Shown: piece by piece, positions 29,881 through 35,581 of the stretch | Numbering within the stretch: the first letter of the stretch is position 1 | Layout: every line of letters starts with the position of its first letter | Source of the DNA: Promethearchaeota archaeon | GTDB taxonomy: Archaea > Asgardarchaeota > Lokiarchaeia > Sigyniarchaeales > SOKP01 | DNA length: 35,581 nt | Assembly: GCA_016926735.1 (NCBI GenBank) | Contig: JAFGOA010000225.1 | Location: 1-35,581, forward strand | Reading direction: 5' to 3' | Notes under the pieces: model-generated | What the model saw: the letters and a program-made list of their open reading frames with translations, nothing else | What the model was told of the DNA's origin: nothing | Database searches by the model: none | Translations under genes and position numbers: made by a program

Positions 29881-29982
29881 TGGGAGGAACGGGATTCGAA
29901 CCCGCGACCTCCTGGTCCCAAACCAGGAATCAGTTTGGAAAAATTAAAGTATAATTTTTATACCAAGCTAGACTACCCTCCC
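29881..29982 (-). tRNA. tRNA-Pro(UGG) with a 28-nt intron at non-canonical position 21/22
   Basis: Acceptor stem GGGAGGG/TCCTCCC+A, anticodon arm CCTGG-TTTGGGA-CCAGG, T arm GCGGG-TTCGAAT-CCCGT. Intron at 29933-29960 sits in a BHB motif. CCA is not encoded. Confidence 0.95.
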
Positions 29983-30118
29983 GTTTTTAAAAAGAGAGAT
30001 GATCTCTACAATAATCCAATGATAAAAGTAAAAATGTTTTTTTGGTTTTTAATTTTTTTATTTCTCAAAAAAATACTTACTCTAACCGTATTTTTATTCT
30101 TCAAATTTTATTAATTAT

Positions 30119-31129
30119 TTATATAAATTTTCTAAATTGTTTTGTATATGTATTATATAGATTCTCAGAAATACTTAAAATATATTTCTTGTTTTTTACA
30201 ATCCTTATCATTCTTGATGATATTTTATTATATCCAAAATACGCTCCTGCTAGTCCCCCTCCAATTGCTCCAACTGTATTTGTATCACCACCTGCGGTTG
30301 CAAATGAGATAATGGATTCTTCGAAAGAACTAAGATTTTTTAGAAAGATAAATAAAACACAAATCAATGTACTGAGACTAAAGGGGTGAATAAATGCTTT
30401 ACCTAAATATTCTTCAATAAAATATGGGGATTTTACTCCAATTTGAGAAAATTTAATCAGTCCTGCTTCGAGAGATAAATCTAAATTTTCATTTAATTTT
30501 TTTAGGGCATCAATATAAATTTCTTGAATATCATTGTCTATATCTGAAATTGAATGAATCAATATTTTAAAAAAATTATCTATTGGAAATTCATCATTAT
30601 TTTGCAGTTTTATTACATAAGAAATTGCACTCGCAATAATTATCGATCCTGCTATTGCTAAAGGATCACAATGAGTGATCATACTTGATATTTCAGCTGT
30701 TTTTTTTAATAATTCAAGATTATTATTATATAGTAATCCAATAGGTGCTATTCGGCTCATACTCCCATTTCCTTTACTTCTTGTGGCGGCATTCTTATAT
30801 TCTATTCCCCTTTCTAATCTTTTTATAGCAGTTAGACGTTCATAACTTGGATTTATAGGAGGATCATATAACCATAAAACAAATTCTTTAATGGTATTAT
30901 CAACCCTAAATCCGTTTCCTTTTATTAATGATTCTGCCAGATGTAATGTTAATTGAGTTTCATTAGTATAAGTCTTAAAAGCATGAATATTACTATCCAA
31001 AAAATCCTTAAAATCATCGAATTTTAGAGTAATGTCTTCTCTTAGTTTTCCTTTAAATGGAAAACCTAATGTATCCCCAATAGCAATACCTGTTAATGTT
31101 CCTTTGAATTTATCTAAATAATTTTGCAT
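30119..31129 (-). CDS. ADP-ribosylglycohydrolase (DraG/ARH) family protein with a degenerate active site
   Basis: GIAIGDTLG, YTNETQLT, GNGSMSRIAP, ITH and GGDTNT motifs. Confidence 0.85.
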   Translation of the reverse strand: MQNYLDKFKGTLTGIAIGDTLGFPFKGKLREDITLKFDDFKDFLDSNIHAFKTYTNETQLTLHLAESLIKGNGFRVDNTIKEFVLWLYDPPINPSYERLTAIKRLERGIEYKNAATRSKGNGSMSRIAPIGLLYNNNLELLKKTAEISSMITHCDPLAIAGSIIIASAISYVIKLQNNDEFPIDNFFKILIHSISDIDNDIQEIYIDALKKLNENLDLSLEAGLIKFSQIGVKSPYFIEEYLGKAFIHPFSLSTLICVLFIFLKNLSSFEESIISFATAGGDTNTVGAIGGGLAGAYFGYNKISSRMIRIVKNKKYILSISENLYNTYTKQFRKFI

Positions 31130-31179
31130 AATTAATATTCATTTATATTAATAATTAGATTTTTTGAAATTAAAAGCTA

Positions 31180-31545
31180 CTACTCTTTTTTAATCGTTTT
31201 ATTTATATGTTTAATTAAATTGTCAAGATTGAAAGGTTTTTCCAAAAAACCTTTAATTCCTATAGATAGAGCCTCATTTTTTATTGATCTATCTGCACTT
31301 GCAAAAATAATGTTAGATTTTTTATCTAGTCTAAGAATTTCTTTAGTTGCAGAAAGACCATCTTTCAAAGGCATTCTATGATCCATAATTATAATATCAG
31401 GTTTTTTAATAAATAATTTAAACTTATCAATTGCTTCTATACCATTATTAGCAATGTCTAAAACAACATATCCATATAGATTCAAATATTTTTGATATAA
31501 TAATTGTATGGATTTATCATCTTCTACAATGAAAACAGATCTCAC
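31180..31545 (-). CDS. Stand-alone response regulator (CheY-like receiver)
   Basis: IVEDD, MDHRMP, FASAD and KPF; GTG start after AGGAG. Confidence 0.92.
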   Translation of the reverse strand: MRSVFIVEDDKSIQLLYQKYLNLYGYVVLDIANNGIEAIDKFKLFIKKPDIIIMDHRMPLKDGLSATKEILRLDKKSNIIFASADRSIKNEALSIGIKGFLEKPFNLDNLIKHINKTIKKE

Positions 31546-31852
31546 TTTAGAGGAAACTCCTTATTATAGTTATTTAATGCTAATCTATTCACTGTTGTTG
31601 TTATTAGATATAAACATTATATGTATGATTTCTCAAAGATTATTTCTCTATAATGATCGAAATTCCTTTAAAAATCAAAAGAATAGAAATATTATTTTGC
31701 TTAGTATCAGATTTACGATTTTATCCTATTAAAAAAATTATATTCCTATATTTAATATTTTTGTTTTAATAGAAAAAATTAAGGTCCTATTTTTTAGTTT
31801 TATATCTATATTCTAAAAAATAAAATTAACATAAAGATTAATTAAAGTACAA

Positions 31853-32224
31853 TTATTTTGAATTTAAACATGCATTTATTTCTTCTATCAAATCTTCATA
31901 ACTAAAAGGCTTTGATAAGAATTTAGATGCTCCTACAGCAATTGCTTTTTCTTTAATACTTTTATCCGCACTTGCAAAAATAATAATGGAAGTATGGTTT
32001 AATTTTATAATTTCTTCAGTAGTGTCAATTCCATTTTTAATCGGCATTCTATGATCCATTAAAATAATTTCTGGTTTTTCATGAAATTCCTTATACATTG
32101 TTAATGCTTCTTCTCCGTTATTTGCTTTTCCAACTACTTCAAATCCATAATTTGTAAGCATTAATTCATATAACCTTTGCAAAGAGAAATCATCCTCCAC
32201 AATTAGAATTTTAGTCAGTTTCAA
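31853..32224 (-). CDS. Stand-alone response regulator (CheY-like receiver), overlapping the kinase stop
   Basis: IVEDD, MDHRMP, FASAD and KPF; start is TTG at 32224 or CTG at 32218. Confidence 0.92.
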   Translation of the reverse strand: MKLTKILIVEDDFSLQRLYELMLTNYGFEVVGKANNGEEALTMYKEFHEKPEIILMDHRMPIKNGIDTTEEIIKLNHTSIIIFASADKSIKEKAIAVGASKFLSKPFSYEDLIEEINACLNSK

Positions 32225-33728
32225 TCGCCTCTGGTATCATTATTTTAAAATTACTTCCTTGTGTATAATCTCCTTCTATTCTATTCTCAACCCAGATTAT
32301 CCCCTTATAACTCTCTAAAATTTTTTTTACAAGTGATAACCCTAATCCCATGCCTCCTTCAATATTAAATTTATCTTCACCTCTTTGGAAGATTTGCTCT
32401 TTTCTCTGGTCTTTAATTCCAATTCCATTATCCATAAATTGAAATTGAACAAAATTACCCTCTTTATTAATAATCTTTTTAATATCTATATCAATTCTTA
32501 TAATTGGACTTTGATTATATTTAACAGCGTTAATGAGAATATTTTCAAACACATCTAGTATAAATTCATTCCCAAACACAACTAAATTTGCATTAAAAGG
32601 GTGAACCCGTATTCGTATATCTCTTTCTTGGAACATTTTTTCAATAAAAGTAATAGCACTTTCCAATAATAAATTAAATTGTATTGGTTTTATTTTTTTA
32701 CTAAATTCTTCAAGTAGAGAGGACTTACGAATATTAGAGACTAAATTAGCTCCTCTCATAACTTGAGTATTAATAATTTCATTTACTTCAGCAAGTCTTT
32801 CCTCTTTATTAATATCATTACGAAGTATCTGACGTAATTCATTTGCAGATCTTATATTTTGAAGGATATTATTAATATCATGAGCGAATAAATCTTTATA
32901 AAACTCAGCTCGATTATATGCTTCACGATATTTTAATTCTGATTCTTTTAACTTTATTTCAGCATTTTTTTTTTCTGTAATATCTAAAACAACTACTAAG
33001 ATAAATTCCTCATCAGAAAGAGATATTTTACTCATATGAGATAGTAACCAAATTTTTTTTCCTTCTTTTGCCTCAACTAACACTTCTATTGGTTCAATTT
33101 GTTCTCCTTTCTTTAATAATTTTAATCTTTTTTTTAAATTTGGTACTAAAGATTCATTATACAAATGTAATTCTAAGTAATTTTTACCAATAAATAAAGT
33201 TTTATCATATCCCGTTAATTCTTTGATTATAGAATTAACTTCCATAATTTTGCCTTCTATATCAAGTAATGCTATGATATAAGGAGAATTCTCAAATAAA
33301 TTACGATATCTCTCTTCAGATTCTTTTAATTTTTGCTCAGCTGTTTTCCATTCTTCCTCTCTATGTATGATGTCAGTATGAACAAAAATAACATCGGGAG
33401 GAATATAGATATAAGAACACATAAGTCTCTTTGAAAGATTTATTGATTGATAATGGTAATCTATTTCTTTTGGAGGAATAAATTTTCCTTCCAAACAATG
33501 ATTTAAATCCTTTAAAATTCCTGGATTATCCTTGTATAGTTCAGAAGCTTTTATTCCGAGGAATTTTTCCATTTGATTATTTACTATCTCATCAGCTTCT
33601 ATATTATAATTAATTAGAATAAGATCATTTCCTTGTTTTCTCCATATGTAACTGGGTGTTGGTATTTTTTCAAAGTATTCCCGGAAATATTTATCCTCTA
33701 TTGAATCTCTAGGTCTTTTATCATTCAA
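32211..33728 (-). CDS. PAS-domain sensor histidine kinase
   Basis: Two PAS regions, H-box FAHDINN, NAVKYN, DNGIG and GMGLGL; kinase core is a clear paralog of 18680..20962. Confidence 0.92.
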   Translation of the reverse strand: MNDKRPRDSIEDKYFREYFEKIPTPSYIWRKQGNDLILINYNIEADEIVNNQMEKFLGIKASELYKDNPGILKDLNHCLEGKFIPPKEIDYHYQSINLSKRLMCSYIYIPPDVIFVHTDIIHREEEWKTAEQKLKESEERYRNLFENSPYIIALLDIEGKIMEVNSIIKELTGYDKTLFIGKNYLELHLYNESLVPNLKKRLKLLKKGEQIEPIEVLVEAKEGKKIWLLSHMSKISLSDEEFILVVVLDITEKKNAEIKLKESELKYREAYNRAEFYKDLFAHDINNILQNIRSANELRQILRNDINKEERLAEVNEIINTQVMRGANLVSNIRKSSLLEEFSKKIKPIQFNLLLESAITFIEKMFQERDIRIRVHPFNANLVVFGNEFILDVFENILINAVKYNQSPIIRIDIDIKKIINKEGNFVQFQFMDNGIGIKDQRKEQIFQRGEDKFNIEGGMGLGLSLVKKILESYKGIIWVENRIEGDYTQGSNFKIMIPEAIETD

Positions 33729-33874
33729 AATTAGATGATCTCTTATTGGTTAATAATAGATCTAATATGTTTATTAAAATATTTAATCTTTTTTCAAATT
33801 GATAAATAGATTATAGTAAAAATTAATTTTATCCAAATATTTTTTATAATATTATTCTAAAGAGAATTTAAATT

Positions 33875-35119
33875 ATGAGTCGATTAGGACCAAAAAAACA
33901 AGAATATGAGAAAATCTTACTTCTTTATAGTGGTGGGCTTGATACTTCATGTATGGTAAAATGGTTACAGGAAAAATATAATGCTAAAATCTATACATTT
34001 ACAGCAGATCTAGGTCAAGAGTTTGCGGATCCATCCCGATTTAAATTAATTGAGGAAAAAGCGTATAATCTTGGAGCTGTTAAACATTTTACTATGGATT
34101 GTAAAGAATCATTTGTAAATGACTATGTTTTTCCTACTATAAAAGCAAATGGATTATATCAAGGGATATATCCACTCAGTACCGCTATCGGACGACCTCT
34201 TATTGCTATTGAAGCCGTTAAAATAGCAAAAAGGGAAAATATATCGGTTTTAGCTCATGGTTGTACAGGAAAAGGAAATGATCAGATTAGAATAAATGTT
34301 ACAGCTCAAGCATATGCTCCTGATATAGAAGTCCTTCAACCTATGATTGAATGGAATATGGGAAGAGATGAGGAAATTAGATATGCAGAAAAGAATGGAA
34401 TTCCTATCTCTAATCAAAATAAAAAGTATAGCACTGATGAAAATCTTTTTGGAAGAAGTGCAGAATGTGATATTTTAGAATATCCAAATGAAATTCCTCC
34501 AGAAGATTCTAGAGAGTGGACTATCTCTCCAAATAAGGCACCTGATAAACCAGAATATTTAAAAATAGACTTTAAAGAAGGAATTCCTGTAGGTATTAAT
34601 GGTATAAATATCAAATCAATTGATTTGATTAAAAAACTTCATGATATTGGATGTAAGCATGGAATAGGTAGAATTGAACATATGGAAGATCGAGCAATAG
34701 GATTAAAATCAAGAGAAACATATGAAGTACCTGCAGCTTTAATATTAATCAAAGCTCACAAGGATCTAGAGAAGTATGTGTGTACTAAACATGAAAACTC
34801 TTTTAAAACAATAATAGACCAAAAATGGACTGAATTAGTATATGATGGTCTTTGGGTAGATCCATTAAGAGAAGATTTGGAAGCATTCATTAATGAATTA
34901 AATAAAAAAGTCACTGGGACTGTTACTATTGAATTATTTAAAGGAAGTGCTAATGTAGTTGCCAGAGAATCTCCTTATGGATTATATGATTTAAATCTTG
35001 CCACTTATGATACAAAGAGTTCCTTTGATCAACAACTAAGCTATGGTTTTATACCTATATGGGGATTACAAAGTAGAATGGGATTTATTATTAAAAAGAA
35101 AGCTTCAGTTGAAAAATAA
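33875..35119 (+). CDS. argG: Argininosuccinate synthase
   Basis: LLYSGGLDTS, YPLSTAIGRP, HGCTGKGNDQ, YSTDENL and KSRETYE motifs. Confidence 0.97.
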   Translation: MSRLGPKKQEYEKILLLYSGGLDTSCMVKWLQEKYNAKIYTFTADLGQEFADPSRFKLIEEKAYNLGAVKHFTMDCKESFVNDYVFPTIKANGLYQGIYPLSTAIGRPLIAIEAVKIAKRENISVLAHGCTGKGNDQIRINVTAQAYAPDIEVLQPMIEWNMGRDEEIRYAEKNGIPISNQNKKYSTDENLFGRSAECDILEYPNEIPPEDSREWTISPNKAPDKPEYLKIDFKEGIPVGINGINIKSIDLIKKLHDIGCKHGIGRIEHMEDRAIGLKSRETYEVPAALILIKAHKDLEKYVCTKHENSFKTIIDQKWTELVYDGLWVDPLREDLEAFINELNKKVTGTVTIELFKGSANVVARESPYGLYDLNLATYDTKSSFDQQLSYGFIPIWGLQSRMGFIIKKKASVEK

Positions 35120-35581
35120 TTCAAAGTTTTTTTTTATATTATTATTTAAATTATTCGAGTCGGTAATGTATTATTAAAAAATAGCAGGATTTCTCCCAAA
35201 GGAAAAAAATTTATTATGTAAAACATATTAATCTATTTGTATTATGATAAAAATAATTAATAATTTTAAACTTAAGGATAAGGCCCCTTTAATGGGGTAA
35301 ATTCACATTCACTGCTAAATTTTCTAAATCTATATCTTTAAATTGATTATTAATTATTTGGATTACTTCTATTAGATTTAACAATCCATACTATTTGATA
35401 TACGATATAGTTAGAAATATAACAGTAGATATAATAAAATTACAATGTTCTTTTCAAGTGTGTATTATCTTTAGCGTAATTCAATTTAGGTTAGTAAAAT
35501 AAGCGTTACAGACGTAGGATTTAAATAAAATCTCCCCTTATAAATAAATTAATCATAAAAATAAAACAAAATATGATAAGA

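Noticed and set aside
31508-31732. 74-aa plus-strand ORF between the receiver genes
   Set aside because: Overlaps the start of a minus-strand gene, has low-complexity composition and no ribosome-binding site.
35120-35581. AT-rich end region with a CCCC-TTTAAT-GGGG hairpin (~35284-35297)
   Set aside because: Only a 4-bp stem, no ORF or recognisable element, and the region is truncated by the window edge.
1-35581. CRISPR arrays, IS elements, integrase next to the tRNA
   Set aside because: No regularly spaced repeats, transposase or integrase ORFs, and I did not notice a duplicated tRNA 3' end.

Overview
AT-rich archaeal chromosomal segment, most likely from an Asgard archaeon of the Lokiarchaeia/Promethearchaeota type. 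This is inferred from the longin-domain protein, the MglA-like small GTPase, PAS histidine kinases with an FAHD(I/V)NN H-box, a thermosome subunit, CDC48 and a BHB-intron tRNA. Core genes: Lrp/AsnC regulator, thermosome subunit, GTP-dependent PEPCK, OsmC-like protein, MetV/MetF, core methionine synthase, an hsp20-cdc48-Phr/HSR1-like heat-shock operon, polyferredoxin, tRNA-Pro(UGG) with a D-loop intron, two PAS kinases, two stand-alone receivers and argG. Less ordinary items: (1) a ~500-nt region (1790-2300) with no long ORF that is rich in helices and looks like a plus-strand structured ncRNA ending in a K-turn/SECIS-like motif; (2) several genes whose conserved N-termini seem to need ATT or CTG starts; (3) a stand-alone membrane-sensor gene paired with a longin-domain gene; (4) a duplicated divergent module of membrane methyltransferase plus TrmB-like regulator with palindromic operators; (5) an ADP-ribosylglycohydrolase lacking several metal ligands; (6) a small GTPase with Gln->Leu in G3 fused to a winged helix; (7) a 57-aa Cys4 ORF missed by the ORF track. 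No mobile element or CRISPR array was seen. All family assignments come from motif recognition by eye, not database searches.
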